DNA from: Acidobacteriota bacterium | GTDB lineage: Bacteria > Acidobacteriota > UBA6911 > RPQK01 > JAJDTT01 | Assembly (NCBI GenBank): GCA_965209055.1 | Contig: OZ242374.1 | Span: 998,919 to 1,062,918, forward strand | Direction of reading: 5' to 3' | Length of the DNA: 64,000 nucleotides | In this document: one piece after another, positions 20,461 to 30,652 of the stretch | Layout of the letters: every line of letters begins with the position of its first letter | Numbering within the stretch: position 1 is the first letter of the stretch | Notes under the pieces: generated by a model | The model's database searches: none | What the model saw: only the letters and a program-made list of their open reading frames with translations | What the model was told of the DNA's origin: nothing | Made by a program: the position numbers and the translations under genes

Positions 20461-21600
20461 ATGGACGACGAAACCAAGGCCAGGAAGAACAGCACAGGCG
20501 GCGATAAGCCCAAGCGGGCCCGCCGCAAGTCGAGGATTGCGGGTTACCGTCCCAAGCCGAAGATTCGGACCGCCCGACCCAAGCGGGAGACTCCTGCCGC
20601 TCCTTCCGAGGAAGAAACCCGGGCTGCCGTCCCTGTCGAGGAAAAGACTCCGGCTGCCCCTCCCGTGAAGGAAACCCCGGCCGCCCCTTCCGAGGAGGAA
20701 ACCGCGGCTGCTGCTCCCGAGAAAGAGACCCCGGCTGCCCGGCCCAAGCGAAGGCCCCGGACCCGCCCCAGACCAAAGCTCCGGGGTGCCCGGCCCAGAC
20801 CGAAGATCCGGTCCCGGACAGCGGAAGAGACCCCGGCTGCGCCCGCCGGTGAAGAGGCTCCGGCCGCCCGGCCCAAGCGAAGGCCGCGGCCTGCCCGGCC
20901 CAAGCCCAAGATCCGGGCCCGCACCAAGAGCGAAACGGCCGCTGACAGTACCGACGGAGAGGCCCCCGCCGCCCGGCCCAAGCCCAAGGCCCGGACCGCG
21001 GGGAAGAGACCGGTTCGCAAACGGCCGCTTCGCAAGCGTCCGCTCCGCAAGCGGCGGCCTCGCAAGGCGAGAAAGAAGGGGCCAAGCTACGAGGACCTGA
21101 AGGACGATGCCCTCCTGGAAGGCCTGAAAAAGCAATTCCCGGGAGAGATTCTCTCGGGACAGTCGTTCCTGGGCCAGAGCATCTATACCGTGAAGCCGGG
21201 CGTCCTCTACGACGTCATGCTGTCCCTTCGGGACCATTCCGAATCGCCTTTCGACTACATGATCGACATCTCGGCCCTGGATTACCTGGGGGACCAGGAG
21301 CGGTTCCTGATGGTCTACCAGCTCTATTCCTACGCCACGAAGAGGCTGCTCCGAGTCAAGAGCCGGTTCGCGGAAGGCGATCCGGTTCCGTCCATGACCT
21401 CTATCTGGAAGACCTCCGACTGGCTGGAGCGGGAAGTCTACGACATGTTCGGGATTCTGTTTTCCGGCCATCCCGATCTGAAACGCATTCTCCTGCCCGA
21501 AGACTGGCACGGATTTCCGTTGCGGAAGGACTACGACATCAAACTGCAGGACCAGAGCTGGATCCGCAATCACCTGAAGATCAGAAAGACCCCCGATTAG
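20461..21600 (+). CDS. nuoC: NADH-quinone oxidoreductase subunit C with a ~208-aa low-complexity basic/acidic N-terminal extension
   Basis: The canonical NuoC core starts near aa 211 of the ORF (nt ~21085: [19 protein letters not shown]...[25 protein letters not shown]). Upstream of it there is no in-frame stop and no internal ATG. First ATG is 20461 (TTG at 20455 also possible). Confidence 0.85.
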   Translation: MDDETKARKNSTGGDKPKRARRKSRIAGYRPKPKIRTARPKRETPAAPSEEETRAAVPVEEKTPAAPPVKETPAAPSEEETAAAAPEKETPAARPKRRPRTRPRPKLRGARPRPKIRSRTAEETPAAPAGEEAPAARPKRRPRPARPKPKIRARTKSETAADSTDGEAPAARPKPKARTAGKRPVRKRPLRKRPLRKRRPRKARKKGPSYEDLKDDALLEGLKKQFPGEILSGQSFLGQSIYTVKPGVLYDVMLSLRDHSESPFDYMIDISALDYLGDQERFLMVYQLYSYATKRLLRVKSRFAEGDPVPSMTSIWKTSDWLEREVYDMFGILFSGHPDLKRILLPEDWHGFPLRKDYDIKLQDQSWIRNHLKIRKTPD

Positions 21601-21603
21601 CCC

Positions 21604-22716
21604 ATGGAACGGCAGACCATACTCGACACCAAGGAACTCGAGATCAACATGGGTCCCCAGCACCCGTCCACTCACGGCGTGCTGCGAGTCCGGCTCAAAC
21701 TGGACGGGGAACGGGTGGTCGACGCCGAGAGCATCATCGGCTACCTCCACCGGGGGGTGGAGAAGATCGCCGAAAACCGGAACTACATCAAGTGCACTCC
21801 CTACTTCGACCGGACGGACTACATCGCCGCCGTTTCCAACGTCTACGGCTATGTGCTGGGAGTGGAGAAGATGCTGGGGATCGAGGTCCCGGAACGCGCC
21901 CGGCGCATTCGGATCATGATGACCGAATTCAACCGGATCGCGAGCCATCTGCTCTGGCTGGCCACCCATGCCATCGACATCGGGGCCATGACCGTCTTCC
22001 TCTACTGCTTTCGCGAGAGGGAAGAGGTCCTGAAGCTGTTCGAGGCCATCTTCGGCGCGCGACTGACCACCCACGCCTTCCGGCTGGGAGGGTTGTGGCT
22101 GGACATGCCTCCCGGGTTCGAGGCGGCCTGCCGGAAGTTCATCGACGAGTTTCCGAAGCGCGTCGACGAGTACGAGCAGCTCCTCACCCGGAATCGGATC
22201 TGGTTGGAGCGCACCAGGGGGGTCGGCGTCATTTCGGCCGAAGAGGCCATCGACTGGGGGCTGAGCGGCCCCCCGCTCCGGGGCTCCGGGGTCGACCACG
22301 ACCTGCGCAAGCTCCGGCCCTATGGCGGATACGAGCAGTTCCAATTCGACGTGCCCGTGGGGAAGAACGGCGACACCTACGACCGCTACCTGATCCGGCT
22401 CGAAGAGATGCGGCAGAGCCGCCGCATCATCGCCCAGATCCTGGATGACCTGCCCGACGGGCCGGTCCGAGGCCGGGCTCCCAAGATTCCCAAGCCGCCC
22501 GTGGGCGAATACTACTCGGGCATCGAGAGCCCCAGGGGAGAGTTGGGATACTACATCGTCAGTGACGGATCGCCGCAACCCTTCCGGCTCCGCATCCGTC
22601 CACCCACGTTCATCAGTCTCCAGGCGCTGCGGAGGCTGGTGCGCGGACACCTGGTGGCGGACGTGGTGGCCATCATCGGAACGCTGGACATCGTGCTGGG
22701 GGAGATCGACCGCTAA
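21604..22716 (+). CDS. nuoD: NADH-quinone oxidoreductase subunit D
   Basis: 370 aa. [14 protein letters not shown], YLHRGxEK and C-terminal DIVLGEIDR motifs. Confidence 0.95.
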   Translation: MERQTILDTKELEINMGPQHPSTHGVLRVRLKLDGERVVDAESIIGYLHRGVEKIAENRNYIKCTPYFDRTDYIAAVSNVYGYVLGVEKMLGIEVPERARRIRIMMTEFNRIASHLLWLATHAIDIGAMTVFLYCFREREEVLKLFEAIFGARLTTHAFRLGGLWLDMPPGFEAACRKFIDEFPKRVDEYEQLLTRNRIWLERTRGVGVISAEEAIDWGLSGPPLRGSGVDHDLRKLRPYGGYEQFQFDVPVGKNGDTYDRYLIRLEEMRQSRRIIAQILDDLPDGPVRGRAPKIPKPPVGEYYSGIESPRGELGYYIVSDGSPQPFRLRIRPPTFISLQALRRLVRGHLVADVVAIIGTLDIVLGEIDR

Positions 22717-23816
22717 TGGCCGAGTGGATCATCGTCTACGGAATCATACCGTTCGCCAAGGTCGCGGTGATCGTGCTGGTTCTGTCGGGCGCCGTCGCCT
22801 ACATGACCCTGCTCGAGCGCAAGGTCATCGCCCATATCCAGGTGCGGCTGGGACCCATGCGCGTGGGTTGGCACGGGTTGCTTCAGCCTATCGCCGACGG
22901 GCTGAAGTTCATCCTCAAGGAAGACATCGTCCCGGCCCGGTCGGACAAGCTGATTTTCACGCTGGCTCCGGCCATCAGCCTGGTCCCCGCCTTCGTGGTG
23001 TTCGCCGTCATTCCCTTCGGTCCTCCCGGCATGATGGAGGACCTGCTTCGCTTGGCGCTGAGTCCTTTTCTGGACGCGGCCGCCGTGGAGTCCATCGCGA
23101 CCCACTCGGCCGCTTCGGGAGGATTCGTCACCGACATCAACATCGCGCTGTTGTTCGTGCTCTCCATTTCCTCCGTGGGAATCCTGGGAGTCATCCTGGG
23201 AGGGTGGGCCTCCAACAGCAAATATCCGCTGCTGGGAGCGCTTCGCTCCAGCGCCCAGATGATCAGCTACGAGGTGGCCCTGGGCTTCTCCGTGATCGGT
23301 GTGCTGCTGGTGACCCAGTCGCTGAGCCTGGTCCAGATCGTGGAGAATCAGCGGGAAGCCGAGGTCTGGTACATCTTTTACCAGCCCTTGGCCTTCGTCC
23401 TGTTCTTCATCTGCGGCATGGCCGAAACCAACCGGCTGCCCTTCGACCTCCCCGAGGCGGAAACCGAGCTGGTGGGTGGTTTCCACACCGAATACAGCGG
23501 CTTCCGCTTTTCCCTCTTCTTCATCGCCGAATATGCCGCCATGGTCACGGTCAGCGCGGTGGCGGTGACCCTGTTCCTGGGAGGTTGGCTGAGGCCGTTT
23601 CCCAACGTGGAGTGGCTCTCGTTCCTGGACGTGATCCCTCCGCTGTTGTGGTTCGTGATCAAGGTGTTCTTACTGCTTTACGTCTTCATCTGGATCCGGG
23701 GAACGCTTCCCCGATACCGCTTCGACCAGTTGATGCAGTACGGCTGGAAGCTCTTTCTCCCGCTGGCCCTGGCCAACGTGATCGTCACGGCGGGAGTGGT
23801 TCTGGCATTCATGTAG
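22716..23816 (+). CDS. nuoH: NADH-quinone oxidoreductase subunit H
   Basis: 366-aa polytopic protein. ERKxxAxxQxRxGP, LQPxADGxK and AETNRxPFDLPEAExELVxGFHTEYSG motifs. The ATG shares one base with the nuoD TAA. Confidence 0.95.
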   Translation: MAEWIIVYGIIPFAKVAVIVLVLSGAVAYMTLLERKVIAHIQVRLGPMRVGWHGLLQPIADGLKFILKEDIVPARSDKLIFTLAPAISLVPAFVVFAVIPFGPPGMMEDLLRLALSPFLDAAAVESIATHSAASGGFVTDINIALLFVLSISSVGILGVILGGWASNSKYPLLGALRSSAQMISYEVALGFSVIGVLLVTQSLSLVQIVENQREAEVWYIFYQPLAFVLFFICGMAETNRLPFDLPEAETELVGGFHTEYSGFRFSLFFIAEYAAMVTVSAVAVTLFLGGWLRPFPNVEWLSFLDVIPPLLWFVIKVFLLLYVFIWIRGTLPRYRFDQLMQYGWKLFLPLALANVIVTAGVVLAFM

Positions 23817-23874
23817 ACAATGCCAAAACGGGTTTGTAAATTGACGGATCGAACAAGAATCAGGCGGATCAACA

Positions 23875-24336
23875 ATGATTGAATTCCTACGCCGCATGCT
23901 CTTCTGGGACATCGTGAAGGGTCTGGCCGTGACCTTTCGCTACACCTACACCAAGGTGTACACGGAACAGTATCCGACCGAGAAGCCCAAGCTGGCGGAG
24001 CGCTACAAGGGAGCTCCCCGTCTCAACAACGACCCGGAAACGGGTGAGACTCTCTGCATCGCCTGTGACCTGTGCGCCCTGATCTGTCCGGAAGACCTGA
24101 TCGTCGTCGGCTCCACCAGGGATCCGGAGAGCCGCAAGAAGGTGCTGACGCATTACACGTTCGACACTTCCCGCTGCCTGTTCTGCGGGCTCTGCCAGGA
24201 AGTGTGTCCCACCAACGCCGTCGAGTTGACCCAGGACTTCGAGCTGGCCGCATACGACCGCAGGGACATGGTGTGGAATCGTGAGCGCCTGGAGAAGTGT
24301 TGGGACCGCATCGATTTCGGGAAGAATTACAACTGA
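23875..24336 (+). CDS. nuoI: NADH-quinone oxidoreductase subunit I
   Basis: 153 aa with two 4Fe-4S ferredoxin motifs, CIACDLCALICP and CLFCGLCQEVCP. Confidence 0.95.
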   Translation: MIEFLRRMLFWDIVKGLAVTFRYTYTKVYTEQYPTEKPKLAERYKGAPRLNNDPETGETLCIACDLCALICPEDLIVVGSTRDPESRKKVLTHYTFDTSRCLFCGLCQEVCPTNAVELTQDFELAAYDRRDMVWNRERLEKCWDRIDFGKNYN

Positions 24337-24342
24337 TCGAGC

Positions 24343-24855
24343 ATGGAAACCTATCTCTTCTACGCCCTGGCGCTGATCCTGGTGACCTTTTCCATTCTCA
24401 CCGTGACCGCGCGGAACCCGGTGCGGAGCGCCGTCTACCTGGTTTCGGCGCTGCTGGCGGTGGCGGGATTCTTCTTCCTCATGGAGGCGGAGTTCGTCGG
24501 CGCCGTTCAGGTGCTGGTCTACGTGGGCGGCATCATGGTGCTCTTTCTCTTCGTCATCATGCTGGTCAGCATCGAGGCCCTGGACCGGCAGCCGAAGGTG
24601 AGCCGGCAATGGAGGACCGGGCTGGTCCTGGCCGTGGTCCTCTGCCTGGAATTGAGCCTTCTCATATTCCGGGGAACGGTTTCTCTGGAGGAGGGACTGG
24701 CGGAATCGGGGATCATCACCACTACCGAGACCATGAACACGGAAGCCGTAGGGACGGTTCTCTACAGCACCTACCTGCTTCCCTTCGAGATTGCCTCGGT
24801 CCTGCTTCTGGTGGCCATCGTGGGCGCCGTGGTACTGGCCAAAAAGGAGATCTGA
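24343..24855 (+). CDS. nuoJ: NADH-quinone oxidoreductase subunit J
   Basis: 170-aa membrane protein. RNPVxSAxxLV...VQVLVYVGGIMVLFLFVIM is typical of NuoJ. Position in the operon agrees. Confidence 0.9.
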   Translation: METYLFYALALILVTFSILTVTARNPVRSAVYLVSALLAVAGFFFLMEAEFVGAVQVLVYVGGIMVLFLFVIMLVSIEALDRQPKVSRQWRTGLVLAVVLCLELSLLIFRGTVSLEEGLAESGIITTTETMNTEAVGTVLYSTYLLPFEIASVLLLVAIVGAVVLAKKEI

Positions 24856-24873
24856 ACCGGTGCGGAGTCTAGG

Positions 24874-25176
24874 ATGATCGGACCCAGCCACTACCTCTTC
24901 CTGAGCGCCATCGTCTTCACCATCGGCGCCGTCGGAGTGCTGACCCGGCGCAACGTCATCATCATCTTCATGTCCATCGAGCTCATGCTCAACGCCGTGA
25001 ATCTGAACCTGATCGCCTTCTCGGCTCACCTGCAGGATCTGGCGGGCCAGGTTTTCGTCGTCTTCGTCATCACCGTCGCCGCCGCCGAGGCGGCAGTGGG
25101 GCTGGGCATCGTGATCGCCCTGTTCCGCAACCGGGAAACCGTCAACATGGATGAAATCGACCTCATGAGAGGCTGA
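24874..25176 (+). CDS. nuoK: NADH-quinone oxidoreductase subunit K
   Basis: 100 aa, 3 TM. [12 protein letters not shown] and [11 protein letters not shown] motifs. Confidence 0.95.
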   Translation: MIGPSHYLFLSAIVFTIGAVGVLTRRNVIIIFMSIELMLNAVNLNLIAFSAHLQDLAGQVFVVFVITVAAAEAAVGLGIVIALFRNRETVNMDEIDLMRG

Positions 25177-25191
25177 GCCGGGGTCCATGGC

Positions 25192-27255
25192 ATGCTGAAC
25201 TACATTTGGCTCATTCCCCTTTGTCCCCTGGCGGGATTCCTGATCAACGGCCTGTGGGGGCTCTGGTGCGTCCGCCGGACCGGGCGCCGGCCGCAGAAGA
25301 ATTTCGTGGCCGTGGTCGCCTGCGGCGCGGTGCTGCTGGCGTTCCTGATCTCGCTGGGTTCTTTCGCCGGGCTGCTGGAGCTGGACCCGGAGAACCGGAT
25401 CCACGAGGTGAATCTCTTCAACTGGATTCCGGGCCTGATGGTCCGGACCGTCTCCGGCGAGCTCGCCCCGTTCCAGATCAACTGGGGTTTCCAGTTGGAT
25501 CCGCTCTCGGCCGTCATGATCCTGGTGGTGACGGGAATCGGATTCCTGATCCACCTCTACTCCATCGGGTACATGTACGAAGAAGAGGGCTTCTATCGTT
25601 TCTTCGCCTACATGAACCTGTTCATGTTCATGATGCTCACCCTGGTCCTGGCCAACAATTTCCTCCTCATGTTCGTGGGCTGGGAAGGAGTGGGCCTCTG
25701 CTCCTATCTGCTCATCGGCTACTACATGGAGAAGAGGAGCGCCGGGGACGCCGCCAAGAAGGCCTTCGTGGTCAACCGAATCGGCGACTACGGCTTCATC
25801 CTGGGGATGCTTCTGCTCTTCTCCTGGTTCGGGACCCTGGACTTCACCGATCTCTTCTCCCGGATCGCCACTCTGGTTCCGGAACCCGAGGCCGCATGGG
25901 GCCCGTTGAGCTGGGCGGCATTGCTCCTCTTCATCGGCGCCACCGGAAAGAGCGCCCAGATTCCCCTCTACACCTGGCTTCCCGACGCCATGGAGGGTCC
26001 GACTCCCGTCAGCGCCCTGATCCACGCCGCCACCATGGTCACCGCAGGCGTCTACATGGTGGCCCGGTCGGCGGCCATCTACAGCCGGGCGCCCGATGTC
26101 ATGCTGATCGTGGCGGTGGTGGGAATCGTAACCGCCGTGTTGGCGGCCTGCATCGCCCTGTTTCAGCGGGACATCAAGCGGGTTCTGGCCTACTCCACGG
26201 TGAGCCAACTGGGCTACATGGTGACCGCCCTGGGCGTGGGCGCCGTCACCGCCGGCATCTTCCACCTGATGACCCACGCCTTCTTCAAGGCTCTCCTCTT
26301 CCTGGGTTCGGGCAGCGTCATCCTGGGCATGCACCACGAACAGGACATGATGAAGATGGGCGGCCTGAAGAAATACATGCCCACCACCTGGTGGACCATG
26401 GGGGTGGGCACCCTGGCCATCGCCGGCACACCCTTTCTGTCCGGCTTCTTCTCCAAGGACGAGATCCTGTGGCGCGCCTACAGCCTGCCGGGAGGCAGCC
26501 CCATCATCTGGGGCGTCGGCGTCCTGGTGGCGGGCATGACCGCCTTCTACATGTTTCGCATGATGTTCCTGACCTTTTACGGGGAGGAACGCTATGACCA
26601 CCATTCGGGCCATGCGCCGCACGAATCGCCCCGGGTGATGACCGTCCCCCTCATGGTGCTGGCCGCCGGGTCGGTCGTGGCGGGCTACGTGGGGCTTCCG
26701 CCCTGGCTGGGCCCCAACGTATTCGAGCACTTCCTGGAGCCGGTCCTGGCCACGGCCTGGCAACCCGAGGCGGGGGCCCACCATTCCCACCTGGAGGAGA
26801 TTCTCCTGGCGGCGGTCTCGGTGGCGGTGGCCGGATGCGGAGTGTTCCTGGCCTATCACTTCTTCCTCGCCCGGCCCGAGAAGGCGGGGCAGTTGCGGGA
26901 GCGGTTCCAAGGCCTCTACCGGGTCGTCTACAACAAGTTCTACGTGGATGAGGCCTACGACGGCCTCTTCGTCAATCGCTGCAAGGACCTGGGAACCTGG
27001 CTCAGCACCTTCGATCTCAAGGTGGTGGACGGCCTGGTGAACGGAAGCGCCGCCGCCACCCGCATCTCCGCCTGGATCTCGGGTCAGGCGGACATCCACA
27101 TCGTGGACCGGCTGGTGAATCTGACGGCGGAGATCGTGGAGTTCTTCAGCTCAGTCTTCCGGCGGCTGCAGACCGGCCTGGTTCAACGCTACATTGCCTT
27201 TTTCGTCTTGGGGCTGGTGCTCATCATCGGCTGTTATCTCTACCTCGGAGCATAG
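25192..27255 (+). CDS. nuoL: NADH-quinone oxidoreductase subunit L
   Basis: 687-aa antiporter-like subunit. WEGVGLCSYLLIGY, GKSAQxPLxxWLPDAMEGPTPVSALIHAATMVTAG, plus the long C-terminal lateral-helix region. Confidence 0.95.
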   Translation: MLNYIWLIPLCPLAGFLINGLWGLWCVRRTGRRPQKNFVAVVACGAVLLAFLISLGSFAGLLELDPENRIHEVNLFNWIPGLMVRTVSGELAPFQINWGFQLDPLSAVMILVVTGIGFLIHLYSIGYMYEEEGFYRFFAYMNLFMFMMLTLVLANNFLLMFVGWEGVGLCSYLLIGYYMEKRSAGDAAKKAFVVNRIGDYGFILGMLLLFSWFGTLDFTDLFSRIATLVPEPEAAWGPLSWAALLLFIGATGKSAQIPLYTWLPDAMEGPTPVSALIHAATMVTAGVYMVARSAAIYSRAPDVMLIVAVVGIVTAVLAACIALFQRDIKRVLAYSTVSQLGYMVTALGVGAVTAGIFHLMTHAFFKALLFLGSGSVILGMHHEQDMMKMGGLKKYMPTTWWTMGVGTLAIAGTPFLSGFFSKDEILWRAYSLPGGSPIIWGVGVLVAGMTAFYMFRMMFLTFYGEERYDHHSGHAPHESPRVMTVPLMVLAAGSVVAGYVGLPPWLGPNVFEHFLEPVLATAWQPEAGAHHSHLEEILLAAVSVAVAGCGVFLAYHFFLARPEKAGQLRERFQGLYRVVYNKFYVDEAYDGLFVNRCKDLGTWLSTFDLKVVDGLVNGSAAATRISAWISGQADIHIVDRLVNLTAEIVEFFSSVFRRLQTGLVQRYIAFFVLGLVLIIGCYLYLGA

Positions 27256-27259
27256 TCCT

Positions 27260-28819
27260 ATGGGCTTTTTCATGACCAACATCCTGACCATCGTCTGCTT
27301 CTTCCCACTCTTGGGCGTGCTGATCATTATGCTCTGGCCCAAGGGGAAGGAGCATGAAACCGAGGTCAAGTGGATCGCCAACATCGTCGCCTTTGCAGGG
27401 TTCCTGGTCTCCATCCCCCTGATCACCCATTTCAACCGGCCGGAGTACATCGACGCGAGCGGGATGCGATACGTCTTCAAGGCCCCGTGGATCGAGTCGC
27501 TCGGCGTCCAGTACTACTTCGGAATCGACGGCATCAGCCTGCTGCTGATCCTGCTGACCACCCTGCTCGGATCCATCTCCATTCTCTCGTCGTGGAATGC
27601 CATCACCACCCGGGTCCGGGAGTACTACTGCTACTTCCTGATCCTGCAGACGGGGATGCTGGGCGTTTTCATGGCCCTGGACTTCTTCCTCTTCTACGTC
27701 TTCTGGGAAGTCATGCTGGTGCCCATGTACTTCATCATCGGGATCTGGGGCGGCCCCAGGAAGCTATACGCCGCCATCAAGTTCTTCCTCTACACGCTGC
27801 TGGGATCGGTCCTGCTCCTGCTGGGAATCCTGGCCCTCTACTTTCACCAGTACGCCGTCAAGGGCGTCTGGTCCTTCGACGTCCTGGCCTTTCAGGAACT
27901 GGGCATCCCGCCCGATCTCCAGTACTGGATCTTCCTGGCCATGTTCGTCGGGTTCGCCATCAAGGTTCCGCTGTTTCCCTTCCACACCTGGCTCCCGGAC
28001 GCCCACGTCGAGGCTCCGACGGCCGGCTCGGTCATCCTGGCCGGGGTGCTCCTCAAGATGGGCACCTATGGTTTCGTCCGCTTCAGCCTGCCCATCCTGC
28101 CTGACGCCACCATGGAGTTCCTCCCCTGGATGATGGCCATTTCCGTGATCGGGATCATCTACGGGGCGCTGGTGGCCATGATGCAGAAGGACATCAAGAA
28201 ACTGGTGGCCTACTCCTCCGTCAGCCACCTGGGATTCTGCATGCTGGGGGTCTTCATCGTGACGCCGGTGGCGCTGGAGGGAGGCATCCTCCAGATGATC
28301 AACCATGGGATCTCCACCGGGGCCCTCTTCCTGATCGTGGGCATCATCTACGAGCGCCGGCACACCCGCATGATCAGCGACTACAGCGGCCTGTCCCACG
28401 TCATGCCGGTGTACGCCGTCGTCTTTCTGATCATGACCCTCTCCTCCATCGGCATGCCCACGCTCAACGGATTCATCGGAGAGTTCATGGTGCTGCAGGG
28501 GGTCTTCGCCGACCCCGACTACAAGCTCTGGGCCGTATTCGGAGCCGCCGGCATCGTGCTGGGGGCGGCCTACATGCTCTGGCTCTACCAGCGGGTGATG
28601 TTCGGACCCATCAAGCAGGAAGAGAACCGCAAGCTTCCCGACCTGACCCCCCGGGAGCTGGCGACCTTCGTCCCTCTCATCATTCTGGCCTTCTGGATCG
28701 GCCTCTATCCGAGCCCGTTCCTGTCCTACCTGCACGAGCCCGTCAATCAGATCGTGGAGAAGGTGAGGCCCGGGGAATTCCAGCCCCGCTCCATGCAGGC
28801 CCGGATCGAGGACCGATAG
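27260..28819 (+). CDS. nuoM: NADH-quinone oxidoreductase subunit M
   Basis: Start placed at ATG 27260 (MGFFMTNIL), just after the nuoL stop. FWEVMLVPMYFIIGIWGG and PFHTWLPDAHVEAPTAGSVILAG motifs. Confidence 0.93.
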   Translation: MGFFMTNILTIVCFFPLLGVLIIMLWPKGKEHETEVKWIANIVAFAGFLVSIPLITHFNRPEYIDASGMRYVFKAPWIESLGVQYYFGIDGISLLLILLTTLLGSISILSSWNAITTRVREYYCYFLILQTGMLGVFMALDFFLFYVFWEVMLVPMYFIIGIWGGPRKLYAAIKFFLYTLLGSVLLLLGILALYFHQYAVKGVWSFDVLAFQELGIPPDLQYWIFLAMFVGFAIKVPLFPFHTWLPDAHVEAPTAGSVILAGVLLKMGTYGFVRFSLPILPDATMEFLPWMMAISVIGIIYGALVAMMQKDIKKLVAYSSVSHLGFCMLGVFIVTPVALEGGILQMINHGISTGALFLIVGIIYERRHTRMISDYSGLSHVMPVYAVVFLIMTLSSIGMPTLNGFIGEFMVLQGVFADPDYKLWAVFGAAGIVLGAAYMLWLYQRVMFGPIKQEENRKLPDLTPRELATFVPLIILAFWIGLYPSPFLSYLHEPVNQIVEKVRPGEFQPRSMQARIEDR

Positions 28820-30349
28820 ATGCCCGAAATACCGGCGGCCGGGGAACTATTCGGTTTCCTCAAACTGAACGCCCGGGCCATCGCGCCTCAATTGCATCTC
28901 ATCGTCTGGGGGCTGGGACTCCTCTGCATCGACTTCATCCTGCCCGGTCGGGGAACCCGGATCCTGGGATTCCGCGGAAAGTCCCTGTCGGCGTTGTTCG
29001 CCCTGGTCGGGCTGCTGGCGGCCTCGCTTCAGCTCTGGCGCCTGTGGGGCACCGGGAACGGCGACGCCTTCTACAAGATGGTGACTCAGGATGCCTTCTC
29101 CGAGGTCTTCGGAATCCTCTTCCTGGTTTCGGCCATTCTGGCAGTCGCCCTTTCGTACCGGCATCTCGACGTCGAGGACGCCCAACACAGCGAGTACTAC
29201 GCCATCCTCCTCTTCGCCACGTCCGGCATGATGTTCATGGCCGGGGCCATCGATCTGGTCACCATCTTCGTGGGTCTGGAGCTGATGTCCGTTTCGACCT
29301 ACATCCTGGTCGGCTTTCTGCGCCGTCAGCGCCGTTCCAACGAGGCCTCCATGAAGTATTTCCTCATGGGAGCCTTCTCCACCGCCATCATCCTTTACGG
29401 GATGTCCCTGCTCTATGGGATCAGCGGCAGCACCAACCTGAACGTCATCGCCCAGGAGGCGGCCAAGCGTGAGGACAACACCCTGTTGATCCTGGCCCTT
29501 TTCCTGATGCTGGCCGGCCTCTGCTTCAAGATCGCGGCCGTCCCCTTCCACATGTGGGCGCCCGATGCCTACGAGGGTGCGCCCACCGGCATCACCGCCT
29601 TCATGTCGGTGGCGGTCAAAGGCGCCGCTTTCGCCGTATTCCTGCGCATCTTCTACGTGACCTTCCATGACTTTCACGACCTGTACATGGGGGTCCTGGC
29701 CGTCATTGCCATGGCGACCATGACCTGGGGCAACGTGGCGGCGGTCACGCAACAGAACGTCAAGCGGCTGCTGGCCTATTCCAGCATCTCCCACGCCGGG
29801 TTCGTTCTGATGGGACTCGTGGTGGGCACCCAGCAGGGGGTTTCGGCGTCGGTGGTCTACCTGTTCGCCTATACCTTCATGAACCTCGGCGTCTGGGCCA
29901 TCGTCATTCTGCTGCGGCGGCGGGACGTGATCGGGGAGTCGATCGAGGATTTCAACGGCCTCTACTTCAAGCATCCCGGTCTGGCGATACTGAATCTCAT
30001 TTTCTTCCTCTCGCTGGCCGGCATCCCCCCTCTGGCCGGATTCATCGCCAAGTACGCCGTGTTCGCGGCGGTGATCGAATCGGCCATGGCGGCCGGGCAG
30101 GCTCACGGACAACTGCTGATGTGGCTGGCCGTGGTGGCCGCACTCAATGCCGTCGTCTCCCTCTTCTACTACTTGCGGATCGTGGTGGCCATGTTCATCG
30201 AGAGGGAGTCGCTCCCGGTCCCGTTGAGCTTCTCCGTGGGAGTCTGGTTCGTCCTCCTGGTCACGGGGTTCTTTACCATTGCCATGGGGATCTACCCGGA
30301 TCCTTTCTTCAACCTGGCCCGAATCGCCAGTCTCCCACTGGTTTTCTGA
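28820..30349 (+). CDS. nuoN: NADH-quinone oxidoreductase subunit N
   Basis: 509 aa. LELMSxSTYxLV, KxAAVPFHMWAPDAYEGAPTxITAF and LAYSSISHAG motifs. The ATG directly abuts the nuoM TAG. Confidence 0.95.
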   Translation: MPEIPAAGELFGFLKLNARAIAPQLHLIVWGLGLLCIDFILPGRGTRILGFRGKSLSALFALVGLLAASLQLWRLWGTGNGDAFYKMVTQDAFSEVFGILFLVSAILAVALSYRHLDVEDAQHSEYYAILLFATSGMMFMAGAIDLVTIFVGLELMSVSTYILVGFLRRQRRSNEASMKYFLMGAFSTAIILYGMSLLYGISGSTNLNVIAQEAAKREDNTLLILALFLMLAGLCFKIAAVPFHMWAPDAYEGAPTGITAFMSVAVKGAAFAVFLRIFYVTFHDFHDLYMGVLAVIAMATMTWGNVAAVTQQNVKRLLAYSSISHAGFVLMGLVVGTQQGVSASVVYLFAYTFMNLGVWAIVILLRRRDVIGESIEDFNGLYFKHPGLAILNLIFFLSLAGIPPLAGFIAKYAVFAAVIESAMAAGQAHGQLLMWLAVVAALNAVVSLFYYLRIVVAMFIERESLPVPLSFSVGVWFVLLVTGFFTIAMGIYPDPFFNLARIASLPLVF

Positions 30350-30388
30350 AGATTCCGGACGGCTCCCTTCAACGGCAACGGGGACGGC

Positions 30389-30649
30389 ATGGTTCGTCCC
30401 GCATCCTGGACACGGATCGTGACGCAAAAAGGGTTGCGAAACGGCAAGCGGGAAAAGGGTGGCGTCTATGCCCAGGTGGCTCGATACAGCTCCATAATTT
30501 TTCTGCTCCCCTCGTGTCTTCTGGTCGGCTACCTGATTGGCCGCTTTCTGGACCGGCGCCTGGAGTCCGATCCCTGGATCTCCCTGGCGGGATTGCTGCT
30601 GGGAGGAGTCGCCGGCCTGGTCCGGGTCGTTCGGATGTTCAGCAGGTAA
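30389..30649 (+). CDS. AtpZ/AtpI-family small membrane protein (putative F0F1-ATPase accessory subunit)
   Basis: 86 aa, two TM helices (SSIIFLLPSCLLVGYLIGRFLD and ISLAGLLLGGVAGLVRV). It sits immediately upstream of atpI-atpB-atpE. Family assignment rests on size, topology and context. Confidence 0.6.
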   Translation: MVRPASWTRIVTQKGLRNGKREKGGVYAQVARYSSIIFLLPSCLLVGYLIGRFLDRRLESDPWISLAGLLLGGVAGLVRVVRMFSR

Positions 30650-30652
30650 GTC

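Noticed and set aside
20461-21084. NuoC extension as a separate gene or a frameshifted remnant of nuoE/F/G
   Set aside because: No stop codon separates it from the NuoC core. The sequence has no Fe-S or flavin/NADH-binding motifs and is pure low-complexity repeat. An assembly artefact in the repeats cannot be excluded without reads.
20395-22650. 751-aa - strand ORF (plus 20423..21085 and 20544..21065) opposite nuoC/nuoD
   Set aside because: Same antisense artefact. The Gly/Arg/Pro/Ser-rich repeats simply mirror the NuoC repeat extension on the other strand.
23887-27099. 1070-aa ORF on the - strand spanning nuoI-nuoL
   Set aside because: It is antisense to four well-supported nuo genes. The translation is low-complexity (D/H/G/R/P/Q/E-rich) with no recognisable domain. 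Long stop-free antisense frames are expected in GC-rich coding DNA.
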